Below, in pieces: positions 29,997 to 39,173 of a DNA stretch of 64,000 bases. The notes beneath the pieces were generated by a model. That model worked only from the letters and a program-made list of their open reading frames with translations. It searched no databases and was not told where the DNA came from. Position 1 is the first letter of the stretch. Each line of letters starts with the position of its first letter. The DNA comes from an uncultured bacterium. GTDB taxonomy: Bacteria > Verrucomicrobiota > Verrucomicrobiia > Verrucomicrobiales > DEV007. The stretch lies in the NCBI GenBank assembly GCA_963977015.1, contig CAXBMO010000010.1, positions 96,001 to 160,000 on the forward strand, in the 5' to 3' direction. Position numbers and translations under genes: made by a program.

Positions 29997-30812
29997 CTAG
30001 ATCGCCCGAACTGTAGCTTTTTCCAGTAGATACTCACCAACTCCGTCATGAACGACCCATCCAGCCCTAACTATCTCGACATTGTCGCCGGGAAAAACCG
30101 CATCTGAGCAGATATGGCGGCGACCGATAAATTGAACGAGCTCCCCAGCCTCACCGACTTGTTGAACTCCCGAGGCTCGCAACGCACGTGCAATCCCTTC
30201 CCGGGCTTCCTCTGTTTTGGCGTATTTCCAGCTGATCACTAACTCATGTGCCAAATCTCGTTTGAAACTGGCTTTGTCAGAGTCCGCCGACGGAGTTGAG
30301 GGCGATTTTTCTGGTTTTGGAATGATCGATTGGATTTCGCCAATCAGTTTTGAACATGCGGCTTCGATTCTGGCAAAATCGTCTTTCCAATCGCGTTTTG
30401 ATGCGAGGTCAGCCCAATGCTTAAGAAGTTGATGTTGGTAAACGGGCGAAGACTCCGCAATCAGTTCTTCTCGCTCAGCGGGGGGCGAAAACTCAACAAG
30501 CCTTTCGATTCCGTGAGGAGTCAGGCGAACGTGCAAAGGTCTCTTTTTGCTGCGTTCCCCTTCACGGAGGAGCAATGGTGGGTCCGATTCCAAGCAAAAT
30601 TTCACCGCCCGTGATTTCGTATTTCCCCCTGGGAAGAGTCCACTCTTCCTCCCCAGCAACCGGGACGGTCCATGATTTTTGACGGCTTTTTTGAGAGCCT
30701 GGGTAATGAGTTCCTGCAACTCGATCTCGAAACTCGAAAATAAGAATTCTTCCACTGCGAAATGATAGGGATTGAGACGTGGCGAGCAACGAATTCTCAA
30801 CATTTTTAGCAA
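29997..30812 (-). CDS. hypothetical protein with a GrpE-like C-terminus and a possible N-terminal winged helix
   Basis: C-terminus GVQQVGEAGELVQFIGRRH...VEIVRAGW...LLEKATV resembles the GrpE beta-domain. True start probably downstream (GTG 30755 or TTG 30719). Confidence 0.6.
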   Translation of the reverse strand: MLKMLRIRCSPRLNPYHFAVEEFLFSSFEIELQELITQALKKAVKNHGPSRLLGRKSGLFPGGNTKSRAVKFCLESDPPLLLREGERSKKRPLHVRLTPHGIERLVEFSPPAEREELIAESSPVYQHQLLKHWADLASKRDWKDDFARIEAACSKLIGEIQSIIPKPEKSPSTPSADSDKASFKRDLAHELVISWKYAKTEEAREGIARALRASGVQQVGEAGELVQFIGRRHICSDAVFPGDNVEIVRAGWVVHDGVGEYLLEKATVRAI

Positions 30813-30924
30813 TAGACGGCGGGATTTGAGCCAATATCGGTGTCCTTTATCAACTTCATGTCAATTCCAAGAAGGATTCAGCTTGACCTTTCAAGAAAAC
30901 TGAGTATCTACCGGGCTCACTATT

Positions 30925-31194
30925 ATGGCCAAGAAATCCTGGATCGAGCGCAACAAGCGCAAGCAGCAAACTGTTGAGAAATACGCGAAAATTCGCCGTA
31001 AGCTCAAGGAAGAAAAAGACTACGTTGGTCTCTCCATGCTTCCTCGCGATGCCAGCCCGACCCGCTTGGTCAACCGTTGCCGAGTCACTGGTCGTCGCCA
31101 TGGTTACCTCCGCCGCTTCCAGATTTCTCGTATCGAGTTTCGCGAACTCGCCTCTAACGGAATGATTCCGGGAGTTACCAAGAGTAGTTGGTAG
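30925..31194 (+). CDS. rpsN: 30S ribosomal protein S14 (zinc-independent type)
   Basis: MAKKSW...[17 protein letters not shown]...GVTKSSW. Confidence 0.97.
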   Translation: MAKKSWIERNKRKQQTVEKYAKIRRKLKEEKDYVGLSMLPRDASPTRLVNRCRVTGRRHGYLRRFQISRIEFRELASNGMIPGVTKSSW

Positions 31195-31266
31195 GCTCCG
31201 GCCATTTTTCTCGATCCCCAATTTGAGGATTGGAATCGGGGCGTTTGGTCGTCTAAGCTAGAACAA

Positions 31267-31521
31267 ATGCCCCTCTACGAATATATCGCCGAAGCCGAGG
31301 ACAAGGGTTGTAGAGTCTGTCTAAAGGGTTTCGAAATACGTAGGCCGATTTCGAGGCCGGCACTTGAAGCCTGCCCGCTATGCGGTTCACCCGTGAGAAA
31401 ATTACTCGCCAAAAACGTCGGCCAGCCAAAAATCACCGCACCGTTGTCAGTATCTGACGCGAAAAAGGCTGGCTTCACCATCCTCGAGAAACGGGATGAG
31501 GGCGTCTATGAGAAGCTTTGA
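31267..31521 (+). CDS. FmdB family zinc-ribbon protein
   Basis: MPLYEY...CRVC...CPLCG. Confidence 0.85.
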   Translation: MPLYEYIAEAEDKGCRVCLKGFEIRRPISRPALEACPLCGSPVRKLLAKNVGQPKITAPLSVSDAKKAGFTILEKRDEGVYEKL

Positions 31522-31549
31522 CCAGGCTGTTTGGTGGTGATCTTCCCGA

Positions 31550-32950
31550 ATGAACGCATCTGATAGCTTACTCCTGATAGGCGCAACTGAAACGATGAGC
31601 GCTGGAGGGTATGCTTGGACCTTCCTGTTCGTCTTGTTTTTCGTCCTGTTGAACGGATTCTTTGTCGCGGCTGAGTTTTCAATCGTCAAAGTGCGATCCA
31701 GCCAACTTGACCAGAGTATCAGCGAAGGGAGCAAGCGGGCGAATCTGGCAAAACAAGTTACCGGCAAGCTCGATGCCTATCTTTCCGCGACCCAATTGGG
31801 GATTACCATTTCCAGCATTGCCCTTGGGATCGTGGGTGAGCGGCTTGTGGAAGTTGCGGTGCGACCGGTTTTCGTTTGGGCATTTGGAGCGGTTAATGAG
31901 CCTCTTATCCATGGAGTTTCGCTGGGGATCGCCTTTTTGATCGTCACATTTCTCCATGTTGTTCTGGGGGAACTGATGCCGAAAAGTCTGGCGATTCGGA
32001 AGTCGTTGCCAACGACTCTGGCGATTGCGGCGCCACTCCATTGGTTTTACCGAATCTGTCGGCCAGCGATTTGGCTCTTTAACGGGACTGCCAACTGGCT
32101 CATGAAGATTCTCTTCAAGATTGATCCGGTTTCCGAAGGCGACGTGGTTCACAGTGCTGACGAATTGCGGATCTTGGTGGCGCAAAGCGAACAGAGCGAA
32201 GAGGTGACCGCGATTGAAAAGGAGATTTTGATCAACGCGCTGGCGCTCAACGACAAAGTCGCTCGAGACATCATGTTGCCGCGAACGGATGTTGTCGCGC
32301 TGGACATCAATGAGGATTTTGAGACGAATTATGCGAAGGCGCTCGAAAGCATGCATACCCGTCTGCCGTTGGTGAACGGTCACTTGGACGAGACGGCCGG
32401 ACTCATTCACATTAAGGATCTGGTAACCCTCAGTCGCCAGTCCGGGGCCGATCTTCACTCCATCATTCGACCGCTTGATCCCGTTCCGGAGATGATGCCG
32501 GTTGATAAGCTCTTGCAGTCCTTTCTCGAGAACAAAGCCCACATGGCGTTGGTTGTTGACGAATACGGTGGGTCATTGGGAATTGTGACTCTGGACAACG
32601 TCTTGGAAGAATTGGTCGGTGATATTCACGATGAATTCGACGACGAGGAAGAGCACGAAGACGAGTTTACGCGAATCAACGACAATGAATTTGAGGTGCT
32701 GGGGACGTTGCCGCTGTTCGAGCTGTCGGAACAGGCCGGGCTCATTCTCGAGGATCCTGAGGTGAGTACGGTGGGGGGCTATGTGACCCACCTCATCGGT
32801 CATTTGCCCGAAGTGGGTGAGGATGTGGAGGTCGCGGAGTACGTTGCGACCGTAACGGAAGCGAACGGACGGAGCGTGGGCAGGCTTCGATTTCGACGAC
32901 ACCCCAAGAATCACGGCGCGGATTCCGCGGACGACCGATTGTCGGCCTAA
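31550..32950 (+). CDS. hemolysin-family/CNNM transporter (DUF21-CBS-CorC)
   Basis: NGFFVAAEF, QLGIT, GELMPK and VVDEYGG...EELVGDIHDEFD. Confidence 0.92.
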   Translation: MNASDSLLLIGATETMSAGGYAWTFLFVLFFVLLNGFFVAAEFSIVKVRSSQLDQSISEGSKRANLAKQVTGKLDAYLSATQLGITISSIALGIVGERLVEVAVRPVFVWAFGAVNEPLIHGVSLGIAFLIVTFLHVVLGELMPKSLAIRKSLPTTLAIAAPLHWFYRICRPAIWLFNGTANWLMKILFKIDPVSEGDVVHSADELRILVAQSEQSEEVTAIEKEILINALALNDKVARDIMLPRTDVVALDINEDFETNYAKALESMHTRLPLVNGHLDETAGLIHIKDLVTLSRQSGADLHSIIRPLDPVPEMMPVDKLLQSFLENKAHMALVVDEYGGSLGIVTLDNVLEELVGDIHDEFDDEEEHEDEFTRINDNEFEVLGTLPLFELSEQAGLILEDPEVSTVGGYVTHLIGHLPEVGEDVEVAEYVATVTEANGRSVGRLRFRRHPKNHGADSADDRLSA

Positions 32951-32961
32951 TTTCGAGGTGT

Positions 32962-33816
32962 TTACCGGAAGATGACGGTCTTGTTCCTGTAAGCAAGGAT
33001 CTCGCGCCTGGTATGGTGCCAAACGGCGCGAGCGAGAACGATCTTCTCAAGGTCCTTGCCGTCTCTGACAAAGTCCTTCACGGATTTCTTATGGGAGACC
33101 CGAATGACGTCCTGAGCAATAATCGGGCCTTCGTCCAGATCCGCCGTCACATAGTGACTCGTGGCGCCGATGATTTTGACGCCTCGCTCGTAGGCTTGAT
33201 GATATGGCTTGGCTCCGATAAATGCCGGGAGAAATGAATGGTGAATGTTGATCACCTGATTCGGAAAGGCGGCGACGAAGGAATCGCTCAAGATCTGCAT
33301 GTAGCGGGCCAAAACGACGGTATCGATCCGGTTTTCTTTGAGCAGCGCGATCTCAGCCGCTTCCTGATCCGCCTTGGTCTCTTTGGTGATCGGGAAATGA
33401 TGAAACGGGATTCCAAAGCGTTCTGCATCTCGGCGAAGCTTTTCGTGATTCCCGATGATCAGAGGAATTTCCACCTCCAACTCACCGCTTTCGTGACGAG
33501 CCAGGAGATCATACATGCAGTGGATGTCTTTAGAGACAAACAGCGCCATTCTCGGTTTCTCGTCTGAAAAGTAGACCGAACTCTCCATGCACTCGAAGGG
33601 GCGGGTAAGGTCGCGGATGGCGCCTTTGAGCGATTTTCGAGGAATCAGAAAACCCTCAAGCTCCCACTCCAGTCTCATGAAGAACACGTTGGCTTCAGAA
33701 TCGACGTGTTGGTCGAGGTGGACGATATTGCCCCGGTTTCGATACACGAAGTTCGAAAGTTCGGCGACAACTCCCGAGCGATCGGGACAAGACATGAGGA
33801 GAATGGCGGTGGCCAT
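32962..33816 (-). CDS. purU: formyltetrahydrofolate deformylase
   Basis: ACT domain [25 protein letters not shown] and DLDEGPII. Confidence 0.96.
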   Translation of the reverse strand: MATAILLMSCPDRSGVVAELSNFVYRNRGNIVHLDQHVDSEANVFFMRLEWELEGFLIPRKSLKGAIRDLTRPFECMESSVYFSDEKPRMALFVSKDIHCMYDLLARHESGELEVEIPLIIGNHEKLRRDAERFGIPFHHFPITKETKADQEAAEIALLKENRIDTVVLARYMQILSDSFVAAFPNQVINIHHSFLPAFIGAKPYHQAYERGVKIIGATSHYVTADLDEGPIIAQDVIRVSHKKSVKDFVRDGKDLEKIVLARAVWHHTRREILAYRNKTVIFR

Positions 33817-33843
33817 GGTTGGGCGGGGAGGTGAGCAAAAAAG

Positions 33844-33925
33844 TGCTCGAGGGGGGAATCGAACCCCCACGGGTTGCCCCACAGGATCCTTAATCCTGCG
33901 CGTCTACCAATTCCGCCACCCGAGC
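33844..33925 (-). tRNA. tRNA-Leu(AAG)
   Basis: Reverse complement GCTCGGGTGGCGGAATTGGTAGACGCGCAGGATTAAGGATCCTGTGGGGCAACCCGTGGGGGTTCGATTCCCCCCTCGAGCA. Long variable arm, A73, anticodon loop TT-AAG-GA; CCA not encoded. Confidence 0.92.
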
Positions 33926-34089
33926 ATTCAATGGTGTCTGGTTAACAGGGGACGGAAAGGAAGCGAAAGGCGGGCACTTGGCAAGTATTCTTTGTGACTA
34001 ATTGTGTGGAATTTCGTGATGAGATTATGAGTGCAAAGTGAAGTTTTCCGACAGCGAGAAGGGGCTAGAGCGTTGATAGTGGTTCATCT

Positions 34090-34821
34090 TTGAGTTCCAA
34101 CCCCCAAACTTCCATCCGCTACGGCGTCATTATCCCCGTTTACAATGAGGAGGAGTGTCTGGGCCTGGTGTTGGACGAATTGCGGGAGGCGTGGCCCGGG
34201 GGGCGGTATGAGGTTGCTGTCGGACTGAATGGGGCGATCACGGATCGGTCGGGTGAGATTGCCCGTGAGCGGGGCGCGATCGTGGGGGAAACGCCGACCA
34301 GAGGGTATGGGCACGGCTGTATTGCGGCGATCGAAGCGTTGCGAAATCAGGGAACGGACGTGGATGCCTTTGTCTTTTATGCGGGAGATGGTGCGTCTGA
34401 CCCTGAGGATTTGGCTGCGTTGCTGAAGGCGTATGAAGCAGGAAATGACCTGGTTTTGGGAACCAGAACGACTTCTCGTCGAAATTGGAAGCGGCCTTGG
34501 CGGCGTGGGCTTGCCAATCTTTTACTCGGGGCTTGGGCGACGCTTCTTTCTGGGCACGTTTATGCCGATCTTGGGCCGTTTCGGGTTGTCGACCGGCAGC
34601 TTCTCGAAAAAATGGCCCCAAAAGAACTGACTTGGGGGTGGACGATCGAGCAGCAGATCCTGGCACCGAAGTTGGGGGCAAGAATCAGCACCGTCAGAGT
34701 CGGGGAGCGCCCGCGCCTTGCCGGAGTTCAGAAAATCAGCGGAGTAAGCCTTCGGCAGACACTTCAGATTGGTTGGGAGATTGCCAAAGCGGGAATTCGG
34801 TCAGCAGGAAGGAAGTTGTAG
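34090..34821 (+). CDS. glycosyltransferase family 2
   Basis: IIPVYNEE, TDRSG, RGYG, DLVLGTR and DLGPFR. Confidence 0.88.
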   Translation: MSSNPQTSIRYGVIIPVYNEEECLGLVLDELREAWPGGRYEVAVGLNGAITDRSGEIARERGAIVGETPTRGYGHGCIAAIEALRNQGTDVDAFVFYAGDGASDPEDLAALLKAYEAGNDLVLGTRTTSRRNWKRPWRRGLANLLLGAWATLLSGHVYADLGPFRVVDRQLLEKMAPKELTWGWTIEQQILAPKLGARISTVRVGERPRLAGVQKISGVSLRQTLQIGWEIAKAGIRSAGRKL

Positions 34822-34870
34822 CAGCGCGATCACTCCAAGTGGGGTGGGCCGGTTGCGATTTCGCTTCAAA

Positions 34871-35929
34871 CTACTTGGTTCGTCGATTCCTGACGCTCTC
34901 AGCGAGGCCATCCAGCATCTTGACCGTCGTGTCCCAATCCACACATGCATCTGTGATGCTTTGTCCGTATTCCAAATTTTTGGGGTCTTTAAGCGGTTGG
35001 TTGCCAGCTTTGAGGTGGCTCTCGATCATCACGGCAACAAGATGTTTGTCCCCGGCCGAGATTCGTTTGGCCAGCTCTTCAGCAACGAGAGGCTGTCGGT
35101 TGTGATCTTTTTCGCTATTCCCGTGGCTGCAGTCGATCATGACGTGTGGGGGCATTCCGGCTTTCTCAAGCAAGGCGACAGTTGCCGCCACATTTTCCTC
35201 ATCAAAATTCGGTCCTTTGGCTCCTCCTCGAAGGATCACATGGCAGCTGTCATTCCCTTTGGTCGTCACAATCGCAGTGGTACCGCTTTTCTTGACGGAC
35301 AGAAAATGATGCGAGCTTTGGGCGGATTTGATCGCATCCACCGCGATTTTGATGTTTCCGCCGGTTCCGTTCTTAAATCCTACTGGCATGGAAAGTCCGG
35401 AAGCCAGTTCTCGATGCATCTGGCTTTCCGTGGTTCGGGCGCCGATTGCTCCCCAGGCAACCAGATCGGCAACATATTGGGGGCTAATGGTGTCGAGAAA
35501 CTCGGTTCCGGCGGCTATTCCCATATCGGCCAGCGTGACGAGGAGCTTGCGCGCCAGATGCAGACCGCGATTGATGTCGAAACTGTCGTCCAGGCCCGGA
35601 TCGTTAATAAAACCCTTCCAGCCGACGGTGGTGCGCGGCTTTTCGAAATAGACCCGCATGATAATTTCGAGGTCCTCCTCTGCGCCTTTCGCGTAGTCCT
35701 TGAGTTTTTCGGCGTATTCGAGGGCGGCCTCGGGATCGTGAATTGAGCAGGGACCGACGACCACAAGCAGTCGGTCATCCTGGCCTTTCAGGATACGCTC
35801 GGCATTTTTGCGCGCTTTCATGACAACCTCAGCGGACTCGTCAGAAAGGTGGAGTTCATCGATGATGATGACAGGGGCAATTAGTTGATCAAGGCGTTCG
35901 ATCCGAAGGTCGTCGGTTACAATTGACAT
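34871..35929 (-). CDS. class I DAHP synthase (AroF/G/H type)
   Basis: GPCSIHD, RVYFEKPRTTVGWKG, IGARTTESQ, DCSHGNS and SITDAC. Confidence 0.96.
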   Translation of the reverse strand: MSIVTDDLRIERLDQLIAPVIIIDELHLSDESAEVVMKARKNAERILKGQDDRLLVVVGPCSIHDPEAALEYAEKLKDYAKGAEEDLEIIMRVYFEKPRTTVGWKGFINDPGLDDSFDINRGLHLARKLLVTLADMGIAAGTEFLDTISPQYVADLVAWGAIGARTTESQMHRELASGLSMPVGFKNGTGGNIKIAVDAIKSAQSSHHFLSVKKSGTTAIVTTKGNDSCHVILRGGAKGPNFDEENVAATVALLEKAGMPPHVMIDCSHGNSEKDHNRQPLVAEELAKRISAGDKHLVAVMIESHLKAGNQPLKDPKNLEYGQSITDACVDWDTTVKMLDGLAESVRNRRTK

Positions 35930-36147
35930 GGGCAATTTTGCGAATTGAAGTGGAGGGGCGAATAAACGAATTCGCCAGAGGCTCAAACGAAAAGTTCGGA
36001 ATTTTCCGGCGTCCTACTCTCAAGTCCACGTAAATGAGACGGAGAGAAGGTTGTGATAGTTTCGATTTAACCCCTCTCTCCATCAAGAATCTGGCGGCGT
36101 CCCTTTCGTCAGTATTGTCTAAAATATTTATATCATCCTAATAATCT

Positions 36148-37293
36148 ATGAGTAATCGCCCCCCTGATGCCGACGCCCACATTGTTCACGATACCCCAGG
36201 ATTCACCGCCGATGCCGACTTTACGGGGGGGTATGTTCATGAGCTTCCTGAACGCCAGACACACCTGGGTAAGGATCAGAAGAACTTTGAGCGCCGCATT
36301 CAGCGATTGGTTAGCGATTGGGGATGCAATGGAAACGAGCAACTGATCTGCGAGTTGGTAACGACCGCCCTGAAACTGGGACACGATGGTGCCGATGAGG
36401 GCGAGATGAAGCTGATCAATCGATCTCTCAAGGAAATGCGCTATGCCAACAACGTTTTTCGCCCTTTTCAGCATCGCCGAAAAGTGACGATCTTTGGCTC
36501 GGCCCGTACGAAACCGGAGGAACCGGAATACAAGGCGGCGTCAGAGTTTGCCGCAAAGATGGCAGAGCACGATTTCATGTCGATTACGGGCGCTGGCCCT
36601 GGAATCATGGCGGCAGCGCAGGAAGGTGCGACCGCAGCCAACAGTTTCGGGCTTCGGATCCAACTACCGTTCGAGGCGGGAGCGAATGAAACCATTGATG
36701 GCGATCCCAAGTTGATCAATTTCAACTATTTCTTCACGCGGAAACTGATGTTTGTGAAGGAAGCCCACGCTGCGGTTCTCTTTCCCGGCGGATTTGGAAC
36801 GATGGATGAGGGGTTTGAGGTGATGACCCTGATTCAGACCGGCAAGGCCGTCATCTTTCCCATTGTGATGGTTGATGCTCCCGGCGGCAGTTATTGGAAA
36901 ACCTACCTTCAATTCATCAAGGAGCACCTCTTCCGGTTGGGGCTGATATCCGAGCAGGACTTTTCGCTCTTCATGGTAACCGACGACGTGGATGAGGCTG
37001 TCGAGCACATCACCAAATTCTACCGCGTGTTCAACTCGTATCGCTATGTGCGGGACCAGCTCGTGATCCGGCTGAATCGGGCGCTCACGGCCAAGGCGGT
37101 CGCCAAATTGAACGAAGATTTTGCGGATCTGCTCATTGACGGAAAATACGTCCTTGGCAATGCCCTGGAGCAGGAGGCCAATGAGGAGGAGATCTTTACC
37201 CTGCCACGTCTGATTTGTAAGCCGAAGCGGAGTGATTATGGGCGGCTGCGGGAACTGGTGGATGCGGTCAACGACTCGGAAGTAATAAGCTAA
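36148..37293 (+). CDS. LOG family protein (extended)
   Basis: FGSART, TGAGPGIM, YFFTRKLMF and PGGFGTMDE. Confidence 0.9.
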   Translation: MSNRPPDADAHIVHDTPGFTADADFTGGYVHELPERQTHLGKDQKNFERRIQRLVSDWGCNGNEQLICELVTTALKLGHDGADEGEMKLINRSLKEMRYANNVFRPFQHRRKVTIFGSARTKPEEPEYKAASEFAAKMAEHDFMSITGAGPGIMAAAQEGATAANSFGLRIQLPFEAGANETIDGDPKLINFNYFFTRKLMFVKEAHAAVLFPGGFGTMDEGFEVMTLIQTGKAVIFPIVMVDAPGGSYWKTYLQFIKEHLFRLGLISEQDFSLFMVTDDVDEAVEHITKFYRVFNSYRYVRDQLVIRLNRALTAKAVAKLNEDFADLLIDGKYVLGNALEQEANEEEIFTLPRLICKPKRSDYGRLRELVDAVNDSEVIS

Positions 37294-37364
37294 AGTTAAA
37301 AGTCAAAATGGTGTTGATAATAGTGTGTTCTTGAATACTGTTCATAAACCCAGTTCATCCACCT

Positions 37365-37556
37365 ATGATTGATCGAATTATCACACCTTCTGCTTCTGTT
37401 AACGGCCAGCCAATAGTCAAGGGAACCCACTTTCCTGTTTCAGCCATCATCGAATCGATTGTCGTGAGTCAATCGTTGGAAGAGGTGCTTGAAGCCTTTC
37501 CAGGTCTCACCCGCGACGATATTTCCGCTTGTTTGGAATTTGGATTGAGCCAATGA
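37365..37556 (+). CDS. DUF433 domain protein
   Basis: RI...P.V.GQPIVKGT.FPV...EEVLEAFPGLTRDDISACLEF. Confidence 0.8.
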   Translation: MIDRIITPSASVNGQPIVKGTHFPVSAIIESIVVSQSLEEVLEAFPGLTRDDISACLEFGLSQ

Positions 37557-37689
37557 AGGGCATCGGATAAGTGTTCAAACTCATTGTCATGGAATTCCAC
37601 TTGCGAGATCCATGCCCTTGACCTAAGATCGCACCCCTTTGTTCCGGTCGAAATTTCGGAGCAATTTAACAATCTCATTTTTTCACGGC

Positions 37690-37926
37690 ATGAAAGCTGA
37701 AATTCATCCCGAATACAACCCAACCACTATTGTTTGCACATGCGGTGCAACGTATCACACCCGTTCCACGGTTGAGAATTTGCGCATCGGCATTTGTGCC
37801 GCCTGCCACCCCTACTTCACGGGTGAGCAGCGATTCGTCGATACGGCGGGTAGGGTGGACAAGTTCCAGAAGCGTTACGGTTCTGAGAGAACTCGGCGGA
37901 AGAAGCCGAAGCCGACCGACGTTTAG
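37690..37926 (+). CDS. rpmE: 50S ribosomal protein L31 (zinc-binding type)
   Basis: MKAEIHPEY, CTCG...CAACHPYFTG...DTAGRVDKF. Confidence 0.96.
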   Translation: MKAEIHPEYNPTTIVCTCGATYHTRSTVENLRIGICAACHPYFTGEQRFVDTAGRVDKFQKRYGSERTRRKKPKPTDV

Positions 37927-37950
37927 CGCGACAGTCGAATTTTAGGAATA

Positions 37951-37996
37951 ACGGTGCTGTGTTGTCGCTTTGACAGACAGTGCCGTTTTCTGTTTT
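37951..37996 (+). terminator. probable intrinsic terminator between rpmE and prfA
   Basis: ACGGTGCTGT...ACAGTGCCGT stem followed by TTTCTGTTTT. Confidence 0.55.
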
Positions 37997-38038
37997 CTGA
38001 AGCAGAGCTAGACGAACCCATCAAACCCTCCGTATCCT

Positions 38039-39118
38039 GTGGACTACACTGATCTTGTTTCCAAAAAGCGTTCTCGAATCGAAGAATTGGAGAAACAGAT
38101 GTCCGAGCCTTCCTTCTATGACGACGCGAAGGCGGCGGGGGAGGTGATGCAGGAGCACAAGCGCACCAAGGAGCTGATCGATAACTGGGAGAAGCTCGAT
38201 GAGGCGCAGCGACAACTCACCGAGAACGAGGAACTCGCCAAGGGCGATGACGAAGAAATGGCGTTGCTGGCGGGGGAAGAGATTCCTGAGCTACGCGATT
38301 TGGTTGAGAAACTGAGTCTCGAAATTCAATATGCGCTTTTGCCACGGGACCCGACCGAGGATCGTGATGCGCTGGTTGAAGTGAGGGCGGGCACCGGAGG
38401 AGATGAAGCATCGCTTTTTGCCGGTGATTTGATGCGGATGTATCAGCGGTTCGCCGAAGAACGGAGTTGGAAGGTCGAAATGCTCGAAGCCAGTCCTTCG
38501 GAAGTGGGCGGCTTTAAGGAAGCCGTGTTCAAGGTTTCTGGAAGTGAGGTTTTTCGGATTTTGAAATACGAAAGTGGGGTCCACCGCGTTCAGCGGGTGC
38601 CATCCACCGAAACGCAGGGAAGGATTCATACATCGACGGCAACGGTCGCCGTCATGCCGGAAGCGGAAGAGATTGACGTCGAACTTCACCCCGATGACTT
38701 GCAGATCCAAGCCACCCGTTCCAGTGGCCCGGGCGGACAGCATGTCAACACGACGGATTCCGCGGTGCAGATCACCCATTTGCCGACGGGGATTATGGTC
38801 AAGTGTCAGGACGGTCGAAGCCAGCACAAGAACAAGGAGAAAGCGTTGGCGATTCTGCGATCAAAGCTGCTGGAGGCTCGCCAACAGGAGGAGGCGAACA
38901 AGTATTCAGAGCATCGTCGAAATCTGATCGGCAGTGGCGGCCGGGAAGAGAAAATCCGAACCTACAACTTTCCGCAAAACCGGGTCACCGACCATCGCGT
39001 TGGTCTGACCTCCCATAACCTGGAAGGAGTCATGGTTGGTAAACTGGACGATTTTGTGGAGGCTTTGCAGAAGTCGGACATGGAGGCTCGTCTAAAGGAA
39101 GTTGGTCTTTCGGAGTGA
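38039..39118 (+). CDS. prfA: peptide chain release factor 1
   Basis: RVQRVPSTE (PxT tripeptide), GPGGQ and RTYNFPQ. Confidence 0.97.
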   Translation: MDYTDLVSKKRSRIEELEKQMSEPSFYDDAKAAGEVMQEHKRTKELIDNWEKLDEAQRQLTENEELAKGDDEEMALLAGEEIPELRDLVEKLSLEIQYALLPRDPTEDRDALVEVRAGTGGDEASLFAGDLMRMYQRFAEERSWKVEMLEASPSEVGGFKEAVFKVSGSEVFRILKYESGVHRVQRVPSTETQGRIHTSTATVAVMPEAEEIDVELHPDDLQIQATRSSGPGGQHVNTTDSAVQITHLPTGIMVKCQDGRSQHKNKEKALAILRSKLLEARQQEEANKYSEHRRNLIGSGGREEKIRTYNFPQNRVTDHRVGLTSHNLEGVMVGKLDDFVEALQKSDMEARLKEVGLSE

Positions 39119-39173
39119 GCCTCCGGCGATTTAGACTATTTTTGGGGAGCACCCCTGATACCTGTTTCTCGCC

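Noticed and set aside
33817-33882. N-terminal extension of purU in the ORF track
   Set aside because: It runs through the tRNA-Leu gene; the true start is ATG 33816
33844-33925. Reading this tRNA as Leu(TAA)
   Set aside because: Stem pairing fixes the 7-nt loop as TTAAGGA, so TAA would be positions 33-35; G37 also fits the CUN family
20560-34100. Genomic island integrated at either tRNA
   Set aside because: No integrase, no duplicated tRNA 3' end seen, and the flanks are housekeeping genes
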